NCBI GenBank assembly: GCA_032718475.1 | Contig: JAUCBJ010006247.1 | Span: 1 to 64,000, forward strand | Source: Nemertoderma westbladi | Taxonomy: Eukaryota > Animalia > Xenacoelomorpha | Direction: 5' to 3' | DNA length: 64,000 nucleotides | Part shown: positions 51,447 to 64,000 of the stretch, piece by piece | Layout of the letters: every line of letters starts with the position of its first letter | Numbering within the stretch: position 1 is the first letter of the stretch | The notes under the pieces: model-generated | What the model was told of the DNA's origin: nothing | The model's input: the letters and a program-made list of their open reading frames with translations, nothing else | Databases searched by the model: none | Program-made: the position numbers and the translations under genes

Positions 51447-54400
51447 GTATACAACTGTATCTCCTAATTGTTACGACGGCTATGACCTGTATACAACTGT
51501 ATCTCCTAATTGTTACGACGGCTATGACTTGTATACAACTGTATCTCCTAATTGTTACGACGGCTATGACTTGTATACAACTGTATCTCCTAATTGTTAC
51601 GACGGCTATGACTTGTATACAACTGTATCTCCTAATTGTTACGACGGCTATGACTTGTATACAACTGTATCTCCTATTTGTTACGACGGCTATGACTTGT
51701 ATACAACTGTATCTCCTACTTGTTACGACGGCTATGACTTGTATACAACTGTATCTCCTATTTGCGTTACGACGGCTATGACTTGTATACAACTGTATCT
51801 CCTAATTGTTACGACGGCTATGACTTGTATACAACTGTATCTCCTACGTGTTACGACGGCTATGACTTGTATACAACTGTATCTCCTACTTGTTTCGACG
51901 GCTATGACTTGTATACAACTGTATCTCCTAATTGTTACGACGGCTATGACTTGTATACAACTGTATCTCCGAATTGTTACGACGGCTATGACTTGTATAC
52001 AACTGTATCTCCTACGTGTTACGACGGCTATGACTTGTATACAAATGTATCTCCTACGTGTTACGACGGCTATGACTTGTATACAACTGTATCTCCTATT
52101 TGCGTTACGACGGCTATGACTTGTATACAACTGTATATCCTACTTGTTACGACGGCTATGACTTGTATACAACTGTATCTCCTAATTGTTACGACGGCTA
52201 TGACTTGTATACAACTGTATCTCCTACGTGTTACGACGGCTATGACTTGTATACAACTGTATCTCCTACGTGTTACGACGGCTATGACTTGTATACAACT
52301 GTATATCCTATTTGTTACGACGGCTATGACTTGTATACAACTGTATCTCCTATTTGTTACGACGGCTATGACTTGTATACAGCTGTATATCCTATTTGTT
52401 ACGACGGCTATGACTTGTATACAACTGTATCTCCTATATGCGTTTCGACGGCTATGACTTGTATACAACTGTATCTCCTACTTGTTACGACGGCTATGAC
52501 TTGTATACAACTGTATCTCCTACTTGTTTCGACGGCTATGACTTGTATACAACTGTATCTCCTACTTGTTACGACGGCGATGACTTGTATACAACTGTAT
52601 CTCCTATTTGCGTTACGACGGCTATGACTTGTATACAACTGTATCTCCTACTTGTTACGACGGCTATGACTTGTATACAACTGTATCTCCTATTTGTTAC
52701 GACGGCTATGACTTGTATACAACTGTATCTCCTAATTGTTACGACGGCTATGACTTGTATACAACTGTATCTCATAATTGTTACGACGGCTATGACTTGT
52801 ATACAACTGTATCTCCTATTTGTTACGACGGCTATGACTTGTATACAACTGTATCTCCTATTTGTTACGACGGCTATGACTTGTATACAACTGTATCTCC
52901 TACGTGTTACGACGGCTATGACTTGTATACAACTGTATCTCCTACGTGTTACGACGGCTATGACTTGTATACAACTGTATCTCCTAATTGTTACGACGGC
53001 TATGACTTGTATACAACTGTATCTCCTACTTGTTACGACGGCTATGACTTGTATACAACTGTATCTCCTATTTGTTACGACGGCTATGACTTGTATACAA
53101 CTGTATCTCCTAATTGTTACGACGGCTATGACTTGTATACAACTGTATCTCCTAATTGTTACGACGGCTATGACTTGTATACAACTGTATCTCCTAATTG
53201 TTACGACGGCTATGACTTGTATACAACTGTATCTCCTATTTGTTACGACGGCTATGACTTGTATACAACTGTATCTCCTACGTGTTACGACGGCTATGAC
53301 TTGTATACAACTGTATCTCCTAATTGTTACGACGGCTATGACTTGTATACAACTGTATCTCCTACGTGCTACGACGGCTATGACTTGTATACAACTGTAT
53401 CTCCTACGTGTTACGACGGCTATGACTTGTATACAACTGTATCTCCTAATTGTTACGACGGCTATGACCTGTATACAACTGTATCTCCTACGTGTTACGA
53501 CGGCTATGACTTGTATACAACTGTATCTCCTAATTGTTACGACGGCTATGACTTGTATACAACTGTATCTCCTACGTGTTACGACGGCTATGACTTGTAT
53601 ACAACTGTATCTCCTAATTGTTACGACGGCTATGACTTGTATACAACTGTATCTCCTACGTGTTACGACGGCTATGACTTGTATACAACTGTATCTCCTA
53701 ATTGTTACGACGGCTATGACTTGTATACAACTGTATCTCCTAATTGTTACGACGGCTATAACTTGTATACAACTGTATCTCCTAATTGTTACGACGGCTA
53801 TGACTTGTATACAACTGTATCTCCTACGTGTTACGACGGCTATGACTTGTATACAACTGTATCTCCTAATTGTTACGACGGCTATGACTTGTATACAACT
53901 GTATCTCCTACGTGTTACGACGGCTATGACTTGTATACAACTGTATCTCCTACGTGTTACGACGGCTATGACTTGTATACAACTGTATCTCCTAATTGTT
54001 ACGACGGCTATGACTTGTATACAACTGTATCTCCTATTTGCGTTACGACGGCTATGACTTGTATACAACTGTATATCCTATTTGCGTTACGACGGCTATG
54101 ACTTGTATACAACTGTATCTCCTATTTGCGTTACGACGGCTATGACTTGTATACAACTGTATCTCCTACTTGTTACGACGGCTATGACTTGTATACAACT
54201 GTATATCCTAATTGTTACGACGGCTATGACTTGTATACTACTGTATCTCCTATTTGCGTTACGACGGCTATGACTTGTATACAACTGTATCTCCTATTTG
54301 TTACGACGGCTATGACTTGTATACAACTGTATCTCCTAATTGTTACGACGGCTATGACTTGTATACTACTGTATCTCCTATTTGCGTTACGACGGCTATG

Positions 54401-57400
54401 ACTTGTATACAACTGTATCTCCTATTTGTTACGACGGCTATGACCCTGTATACAACTGTATCTCCTACTTGTTTCGACGGCTATGACTTGTATACAACTG
54501 TATATCCTACTTGTTACGACGGCTATGACTTGTATACAACTGTATCTCCTATTTGTTACGACGGCTATGACTTGTATACAACTGTATCTCCTACGTGTTA
54601 CGACGGCTATGACTTGTATACAACTGTATCTCCTAATTGTTACGACGGCTATGACTTGTATACAACTGTATCTCCTATTTGTTACGACGGCTATGACTTG
54701 TATACAACTGTATCTCCTAATTGTTACGACTGCTATGACTTGTATACAACTGTATCTCCTATTTGCGTTACGACGGCTATGACCTGTATACAACTGTATC
54801 TCCTACTTGTTACGACGGCTATGACTTGTATACAACTGTATCTCCTACGTGTTACGACGGCTATGACTTGTATACAACTGTATCTCCTACGTGTTACGAC
54901 GGCTATGACTTGTATACAACTGTATCTCCTATTTGCGTTACGACGGCTATGACCTGTATACAACTGTATCTCCTATTTGTTACGACGGCTATGACTTGTA
55001 TACAACTGTATCTCCTATTTGTTACAACGGCTATGACTTGTATACAACTGTATCTCCTAATTGTTACGACGGCTATGACTTGTATACAACTGTATCTCCT
55101 AATTGTTACGACGGCTATGACTTGTATACAACTGTATCTCCTATTTGTTACGTCGGCTATGACTTGTATGCAACTGTATCTCCTACTTGTTACGACGGCT
55201 ATGACTTGTATACAACTGTATCTCCTATTTGTTACGACGGCTATGACTTGTATACAACTGTATCTCCTATTTGCGTTACGACGGCTATGACTTGTATACA
55301 ACTGTATCTCCTATTTGTTACGACGGCTATGACTTGTATACAACTGTATCTCCTATTTGTTACGACGGCTATGACTTGTATACAACTGTATCTCCTACTT
55401 GTTACGACGGCTATGACTTGTATACAACTGTATCTCCTATTTGCGTTACGACGGCTATGACTTGTATACAACTGTATCTCCTATTTGTTACGACGGCTAT
55501 GACTTGTATACAACTGTATCTCCTATTTGTTACGACGGCTATGACTTGTATACAACTGTATCTCCTACTTGTTACGACGGCTATGACTTGTATACAACTG
55601 TATCTCCTATTTGCGTTACGACGGCTATGACTTGTATACAACTGTATCTCCTACTTGTTACGACGGCTATGACTTGTATACAACTGTATCTCCTACTTGT
55701 TACGACGGCTATGACTTGTATACAACTGTATCTCCTACTTGTTACGACGGCTATGACTTGTATACAACTGTATCTCCTAATTGTTACGACGGCTATGACT
55801 TGTATACAACTGTATCTCCTAATTGTTACGACGGCTATGACTTGTATACAACTGTATCTCCTAATTGTTACGACGGCTATGACTTGTATACAACTGTATC
55901 TCCTAATTGTTACGACGGCTATGACTTGTATACAACTGTATCTCCTACTTGTTACGACGGCTATGACTTGTATACAACTGTATCTCCTACTTGTTACGAC
56001 GGCTATGACTTGTATACAACTGTATCTCCTATTTGCGTTACGACGGCTATGACTTGTATACAACTGTATCTCCTACTTGTTACGACGGCTATGACTTGTA
56101 TACAACTGTATCTCCTACGTGTTACGACGGCTATGACTTGTATACAAATGTATCTCCTACGTGTTACGACGGCTATGACCTGTATACAACTGTATCTCCT
56201 ATTTGCGTTACGACGGCTATGACTTGTATACAACTGTATCTCCTATTTGCGTTACGACGGCTATGACTTGTATACAACTGTATCTCCTAATTGTTACGAC
56301 GGCTATGACTTGTATACAACTGTATCTCCTACTTGTTTCGACGGCTATGACTTGTATACAACTGTATCTCCTACTTGTTACGACGGCTATGACTTGTATA
56401 CAACTGTATCTCCTATTTGCGTTACGACGGCTATGACTTGTATACAACTGTATCTCCTATTTGTTACGACGGCTATGACTTGTATACAACTGTATCTCCT
56501 ACTTGTTACGACGGCTATGACTTGTATACAACTGTATCTCCTACGTGTTACGACGGCTATGACTTGTATACAACTGTATCTCCTACTTGTTACGACGGCT
56601 ATGACTTGTATACAACTGTATCTCCTAATTGTTACGACGGCTATGACTTGTATACAACTGTATCTCCTAATTGTTACGACGGCTATGACTTGTATACAAC
56701 TGTATCTCCTATTTGCGTTACGACGGCTATGACTTGTATACAACTGTATCTCCTATTTGCGTTACGACGGCTATGACCTGTATACAACTGTATCTCCTAT
56801 TTGTTACGACGGCTATGACTTGTATACAACTGTATCTCCTATTTGTTACGACGGCTATGACTTGTATACAACTGTATCTCCTATTTGCGTTACGACGGCT
56901 ATGACCTGTATACAACTGTATCTCCTATTTGTTACGACGGCTATGACTTGTATACAACTGTATCTCCTAATTGTTACGACGGCTATGACTTGTATACAAC
57001 TGTATCTCCTAATTGTTACGACGGCTATGACTTGTATACAACTGTATCTCCTATTTGCGTTACGACGGCTATGACTTGTATACAACTGTATCTCCTATTT
57101 GCGTTACGACGGCTATGACCTGTATACAACTGTATCTCCTATTTGTTACGACGGCTATGACTTGTATACAACTGTATCTCCTATTTGTTACGACGGCTAT
57201 GACTTGTATACAACTGTATCTCCTATTTGCGTTACGACGGCTATGACTTGTATACAACTGTATCTCCTATTTGCGTTACGACGGCTATGACCTGTATACA
57301 ACTGTATCTCCTATTTGTTACGACGGCTATGACTTGTATACAACTGTATCTCCTAATTGTTACGACGGCTATGACTTGTATACAACTGTATCTCCTAATT

Positions 57401-60223
57401 GTTACGACGGCTATGACTTGTATACAACTGTATCTCCTATTTGCGTTACGACGGCTATGACTTGTATACAACTGTATCTCCTATTTGCGTTACGACGGCT
57501 ATGACCTGTATACAACTGTATCTCCTATTTGTTACGACGGCTATGACTTGTATACAACTGTATCTCCTATTTGTTACGACGGCTATGACTTGTATACAAC
57601 TGTATCTCCTATTTGCGTTACGACGGCTATGACTTGTATACAACTGTATCTCCTATTTGCGTTACGACGGCTATGACTTGTATACAACTGTATCTCCTAT
57701 TTGTTACGACGGCTATGACTTGTATACAACTGTATCTCCTACTTGTTACGACGGCTATGACTTGTATACAACTGTATCTCCTACGTGTTACGACGGCTAT
57801 GACTTGTATACAACTGTATCTCCTATTTGCGTTACGACGGCTATGACCTGTATACAACTGTATCTCCTATTTGTTACGACGGCTATGACTTGTATACAAC
57901 TGTATCTCCTAATTGTTACGACGGCTATGACTTGTATACAACTGTATCTCCTAATTGTTACGACGGCTATGACTTGTATACAACTGTATCTCCTATTTGC
58001 GTTACGACGGCTATGACTTGTATACAACTGTATCTCCTAATTGTTACGACGGCTATGACTTGTATACAACTGTATCTCCTAATTGTTACGACGGCTATGA
58101 CTTGTATACAACTGTATCTCCTATTTGCGTTACGACGGCTATGACTTGTATACAACTGTATCTCCTATTTGCGTTACGACGGCTATGACTTGTATACAAC
58201 TGTATCTCCTACGTGTTACGACGGCTATGACTTGTATACAACTGTATCTCCTAATTGTTACGACGGCTATGACTTGTATACAACTGTATCTCCTACGTGT
58301 TACGACGGCTATGACTTGTATACAACTGTATCTCCTAATTGTTACGACGGCTATGACTTGTATACAACTGTATCTCCTAATTGTTACGACGGCTATGACT
58401 TGTATACAACTGTATCTCCTATTTGCGTTACGACGGCTATGACTTGTATACAACTGTATCTCCTACTTGTTACGACGGCTATGACTTGTATACAACTGTA
58501 TCTCCTACGTGTTACGACGGCTATGACTTGTATACAAATGTATCTCCTACGTGTTACGACGGCTATGACCTGTATACAACTGTATCTCCTATTTGCGTTA
58601 CGACGGCTATGACTTGTATACAACTGTATCTCCTATTTGCGTTACGACGGCTATGACTTGTATACAACTGTATCTCCTAATTGTTACGACGGCTATGACT
58701 TGTATACAACTGTATCTCCTACTTGTTTCGACGGCTATGACTTGTATACAACTGTATCTCCTACTTGTTACGACGGCTATGACTTGTATACAACTGTATC
58801 TCCTATTTGCGTTACGACGGCTATGACTTGTATACAACTGTATCTCCTATTTGTTACGACGGCTATGACTTGTATACAACTGTATCTCCTACTTGTTACG
58901 ACGGCTATGACTTGTATACAACTGTATCTCCTACGTGTTACGACGGCTATGACTTGTATACAACTGTATCTCCTATTTGCGTTACGACGGCTATGACCTG
59001 TATACAACTGTATCTCCTATTTGTTACGACGGCTATGACTTGTATACAACTGTATCTCCTAATTGTTACGACGGCTATGACTTGTATACAACTGTATCTC
59101 CTAATTGTTACGACGGCTATGACTTGTATACAACTGTATCTCCTATTTGCGTTACGACGGCTATGACTTGTATACAACTGTATCTCCTATTTGCGTTACG
59201 ACGGCTATGACCTGTATACAACTGTATCTCCTATTTGTTACGACGGCTATGACTTGTATACAACTGTATCTCCTATTTGTTACGACGGCTATGACTTGTA
59301 TACAACTGTATCTCCTATTTGCGTTACGACGGCTATGACTTGTATACAACTGTATCTCCTATTTGCGTTACGACGGCTATGACTTGTATACAACTGTATC
59401 TCCTATTTGCGTTACGACGGCTATGACTTGTATACAACTGTATCTCCTATTTGTTACGACGGCTATGAATTGTATACAACTGTATCTCCTACTTGTTACG
59501 ACGGCTATGACTTGTATACAACTGTATATCCTACGTGTTACGACGGCTATGACTTGTATACAACTGTATCTCCTATTTGCGTTACGACGGCTATGACCTG
59601 TATACAACTGTATCTCCTATTTGTTACGACGGCTATGACTTGTATACAACTGTATCTCCTAATTGTTACGACGGCTATGACTTGTATACAACTGTATCTC
59701 CTAATTGTTACGACGGCTATGACTTGTATACAACTGTATCTCCTATTTGCGTTACGACGGCTATGACTTGTATACAACTGTATCTCCTATTTGCGTTACG
59801 AAGGCTATGACTTGTATACAACTGTATCTCCTAATTGTTACGACGGCTATGACTTGTATACAACTGTATCTCCTAATTGTTACGACGGCTATGACTTGTA
59901 TACAACTGTATCTCCTAATTGTTACGACGGCTATGACTTGTATACAACTGTATCTCCTATTTGCGTTACGACGGCTATGACTTGTATACAACTGTATCTC
60001 CTATTTGCGTTACGACGGCTATGACTTGTATACAACTGTATCTCCTAATTGTTACGACGGCTATGACTTGTATACAACTGTATCTCCTATTTGCGTTACG
60101 ACGGCTATGACTTGTATACAACTGTATCTCCTAATTGTTACGACGGCTATGACTTGTATACAACTGTATCTCCTAATTGTTACGACGGCTATGACTTGTA
60201 TACAACTGTATCTCCTACTTGTT
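51447..60223 (+). repeat. 42/44-bp minisatellite (GTATACAACTGTATCTCCTA[ATT/CTT/CGT/TTT/TTTGC]GTTACGACGGCTATGACTT)n, about 205 units
   Basis: Begins immediately after the CR1 TAA tail; 14-aa periodicity in spurious ORFs; ends at CCTACTTGTT|TTTCAAC. Confidence 0.98.
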
Positions 60224-60412
60224 TTTCAACTGATTTTGATTTTGTTTGCCCGCTTCTTGCAGCTCTTATGGGATTATAAAAGTGAAATGAAATGTCCCAA
60301 TAAACGTGTAAAAAAACGTTAAGACCAAATACAATGTCCAATTTGTGTCCACTTAGTGAACAATGACGTATTTAGTTAAATATAACTTTGTTATTTAAAA
60401 TTGAAATTATAT

Positions 60413-60483
60413 TATTGTTAATTTAAAATTTCTTGTTAATTTAAAATTTATTGTTAATTTAAAATTTATTGTTAATTTAAAAT
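60413..60483. repeat. Short AT-rich tandem repeat (TTGTTAATTTAAAATTT)x4
   Basis: Directly visible. Confidence 0.8.
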
Positions 60484-60957
60484 GTAATATCTTTGTAAAT
60501 TTACGATGTAATCGTAGTAACAATTTACAATTTATTTAATCTTATATAAAATATTTTTTTAATCGTAAGTAAAGTTCTGTACCAGTACTGGTATACTAAA
60601 TAGAATTCAAGGATGAGATATGTTGTGCTACAGATGTCTTTAATATTGTATTTCCCTTGGATTGTCGTGGTACAGTTGTAGTAATTGATTGAAACAGACC
60701 TATACCAAATGTTACCTCTGTTTGTACTTAAGTTGTCGGTATGCAACCGACTGTTCTAGTTACAAGAATTTTCTCATCAGTGAAGCCAACATACTATGAA
60801 TGTGAGTAATTATAAAATTATGCTGTATATCGGGGGATGAATGGATCTGTTATGTTGGAAGCTCTTAACCATACAGGATACAGACTATAGTGGTAAAGGT
60901 TCAAATATCAAACCCAACAAAGTAGGGCCTAACCACTACTCTGCCAAAACAATTTAC

Positions 60958-61497
60958 GGCCCATGTGAAGAATACCAGACTTTCTGCCGTTATATTTCAC
61001 TTTGCAGTTACCCCCATGTGAAGAATACCAGGTTTTCACCAAAAACACAGGTTACAGAAGGGCTGAATCTAACCAAAACAATAAACGAATTTGTATATGT
61101 ACAGGTTATAAGACAGAAACACGCGCTATAAAACACTTAATAAAGATAAATTAAAAAAAATAAAAAATCTTCATATATGAATTCTGTATATTACATCCAA
61201 ACATTTGGATAAAATTTGTCGCCCATGTGAAGAATACCAGGATTTCACTTTTCGGTCGACTTTTTATTGGAATTTTATATATGAAGATTTTTTATTTTTT
61301 TTAATTTATCTTTTTTAAGTGTTTTATAGCGCTTATTTCTCTCTTATAACCTGTACATATACTAATTCGTTTATTGTTTTGGTTAGATTCAGCCGTTCTG
61401 TAACCTGTTTTTTTGGTGAAAATCTGGTATTCTTCACATGGGGGTAACTGCACAGTGAAATATAACGGCAGAAAGTCTGGTATTATTCACATGGGCC
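60958..61497. mobile_element. 540-bp MITE with ~220-bp inverted arms
   Basis: GGCCCATGTGAAGAATACCAGACTTTCTGCCGTTATATTTCAC... mirrored at the right end; internal extra copies of CCCATGTGAAGAATACCAG; TSD not clear. Confidence 0.85.
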
Positions 61498-62849
61498 AAA
61501 TTTGTCGCACGTACAATAAGTTAAAAGATAATTATACCGGAAGCAGTGATTACTCAGGTTCGATCCTTGGTTAAGTCAGTTAAATTTTCGTGTAATTATT
61601 AATAATATATGCCATTATTTTCGGTGTGGTGATCAATCTTGGGGGGTTAGAGTGGCACCCTTTCTTGTAGGTTATTGCCAAGAGAGAAAGAGAAGAGCCT
61701 TCGGATTTCCTCGAATGTTTAGTGTTTCACTTTCACCTATAAATTTACTTTTTTTTATTTCTTTTAAAGTTACCAATTTACAAATTTATTACCCATTTAA
61801 ATTACACAACATATATACTACGGAAGAGGGAGAACTATGCATTTTTTAATAGCGTATTCCAAACAAGCACACCAGGCACCAGTTTGAGTAGATTTTTTTT
61901 ATATAATCTTTACGTATCTCCAGGATCAGAAAGTGTAATTTAAATTTATTGCCCTATTTCCATCACCGCATTGCTTCATACACCACGCGTCAACCCAGGA
62001 TGTATTATATATCATCACAATTTTCTAGTTGAGAGCCAATAATAGTATATTTTTATATTATATTAATGATGTTATCTGCCTTGTAGTTAGTTAGTTGTAT
62101 AACCGTATAGGGGCCGTATACTCTATCGATCACACACCCCATCCAACCCTCTAATAACCCCTTTATTTTTATCCCGATACTGCGGTTGCCTATAATGGCT
62201 CATTGTTGCATCGATTTTTCGAGTGGGCTTTGTGCTATATGACTGCCCGAGTAAAGCCTAAGTAAATGGCCACGTCAATAATCAAGTCATAATGAGTTGT
62301 GTCGTAGCTGAATTACTGCGCCAGTTCCCTCTATCTGTCGCAGCTATATGCTGTATATCAGAGAAGAGACGCGGATGGAACTGAAATTGTTTTATATGTA
62401 TATATATATATATATCTATATATATATCGAGCATTTATATTTTTTAGTGATCTTTATGCTTTTGTGTCAATTATTTTCTATTTTAGGCAGCGTTCAAACT
62501 TACTGAGCCACTATAAGCCGCGTTTTAAATTAGACCCTCACCAATTAGAGTCTTAAATTTACATGACAGGTTTAATTAGGGTTTAGCCTGACTGACTAAC
62601 CTTAACCATATAATAAACCAAATCCAGGTCAAATTGTCTGAAATAAACTACCGGCGGACAGGTATTGAAATGCATTATCGTACCGGTACCGGAACTCAGG
62701 TATATATCTAAAATGTAGGTTAGAACTGGAGATTTGAAACCAAATACGGAGGTTTGGTTTCCTCGGCAGTTAGGGTCCAGCATGGACTCCCATTTAAGAA
62801 TACTGGTACTACTGCTGCCATAAATAATCGAATCTTGAGATTCCGTTTT

Positions 62850-63810
62850 ATTCTAGGGGACTTCTAAATCATGGAGTGATTATTCAATGCTGCCCAGCCC
62901 ATGCCTTCCCCTTACGTGTCCTGACTTTCGGATCCGTGATCCCCCCAAGTAGCAGGAGTCATCCACCAACATGCTCAAGCATGCCATCGCTGGAGCTTAT
63001 TCCTTTACTATCAAACATTTCTTGAGGGCTGTCAAGGTCATAATTTTGGTCTTCTTGGAGTTTACAAAAAGTGAAAAAGACCAACACTAGAAGCAACCTG
63101 CTACAATGAGGAGCCTTTGGGCTCCCTTTAGTGATTCTGACAGTACCCCTAAGTCATCAGCAATGTCTAGATCAGTAATGTACTTTGCTGGATTCCCTAT
63201 ACTACTTGTGCCAGTAGGGTGTGTTACCCATCAACCTATCTTTATTAAGATGGTCTAAGGACATGCATAGAACATAATTAACCACAATTATTAATAAGAA
63301 TAAGTAAAAAAAGTAAAGTAAATTTTCTTCGGCCGCTAGGCCAGGGATTACGCACAAAGTTTGACGACTTATTTCCCGTGCGGTCCCCCCAGAACTTTAC
63401 TCCCCAGAGGAAACTCAAGTACTCATTTAGGTACCACTTAAGGATGCAAGGCAGAGATGCGCCCTGCTGGTTCCTTTGAAGCATTCGTGCCGAAACGAAA
63501 ACTGCCCTGGTCCATGTGAGGATCGAACCCACGACCCACGGGAGATGTGAATTCAATGCAACCACTACACCAAGGTGGAACGGTGCAAGTGTGTCGCCTT
63601 GAAAGACTCCCCATAAGACTTTGAATGGATCTGTGTCACCATCAGCACTAGCCACTGACACAAATGTGGTTGAACCATCGTAGTCATCTGATAGCTACAA
63701 TAATTTCCTTATAGGAATCCCATATGCTGTCAGTATGCTAAACATGCGTGATCGGGAGACTGAGGCGAATGCCTTAAAGAAGTCAACAGAGATAATATCC
63801 AGACGTCTGT
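62850..63810 (-). pseudogene. Degenerate RTE-clade reverse transcriptase fragment interrupted by a SINE
   Basis: Minus-strand VDFFKAF, AYGIP, GVFQGDTLAPF|LLIIVVNYVL, ITDLDIADD, VNSKKTK with stops and frameshifts. Confidence 0.75.
63300..63578 (-). mobile_element. tRNA-derived SINE, same family as 42608-42877
   Basis: A box TGGTGTAGTGG, B box GGTTCGATCC, (TTTAC)n tail; splits the RT motif GDTLAPF/LLII. Confidence 0.88.
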
Positions 63811-64000
63811 CTTTCTTTATTGATAGCTCTACAAGTATAATGTCTGTCTGATAACTCGTTAACACTAGGCCAATGTGAACTATATTTAAGTGACTATAGT
63901 CGTTGCACCTGGCGAAATTGTAGCTCCAGTTGTTTCAAATATAATAAAAAGTCATTAACTACAAGGATGACATGGGTTTTAGAGATATATTCTTACCTCA

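Noticed and set aside
1-60223. CRISPR-like interpretation of the arrays
   Set aside because: Units are head-to-tail without unique spacers, there are no cas genes, and the context is eukaryotic.
51447-60223. Telomeric array or telomere-specific retrotransposon
   Set aside because: The array is internal with unique DNA on both sides, units differ between arrays, and no TTAGG(G)-type repeat is present.
51415-60322. Long repeat ORFs (up to 539 aa) in several frames and both strands
   Set aside because: By-product of a stop-poor 42-bp unit; 44-bp units shift frame at random, so there is no sign of coding constraint.
63505-63578. tRNA gene (also 42800-42877)
   Set aside because: A and B boxes are present but no convincing cloverleaf; followed by a shared SINE body and tail.

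Overview
Repeat-rich metazoan (probably invertebrate) genomic DNA, not prokaryotic. Two host genes lie on the minus strand. The first is the large first coding exon of cytoplasmic poly(A)-binding protein (PABPC1-like, 12597-13583), whose next intron is filled by a >11 kb 40/42-bp minisatellite running off the left edge. The second is a 3-exon SPICE1-like gene (31862->23012). The rest is mobile DNA and tandem arrays: a decayed RTE-X-like LINE, a near-intact 5'-truncated CR1 LINE, an RTE remnant, tRNA-derived SINEs, a 5.4-kb foldback element with minisatellite arms, and piggyBac-, Kolobok-, Harbinger- and hAT-like non-autonomous elements, several nested. The most striking pattern is that both long LINEs interrupt the first one or two units of a tandem array (27-bp and 42/44-bp). 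Only a short seed lies on the 5' side and the whole array (1.4 kb and 8.8 kb) lies directly after the LINE 3' tail, suggesting insertion-coupled amplification of the target site. Tandem arrays also record transposon-footprint-like insertions (TAGGCCTA, TACAGTA). All family assignments are from motif recognition by eye; no database search was run, and copy numbers are estimates from lengths.
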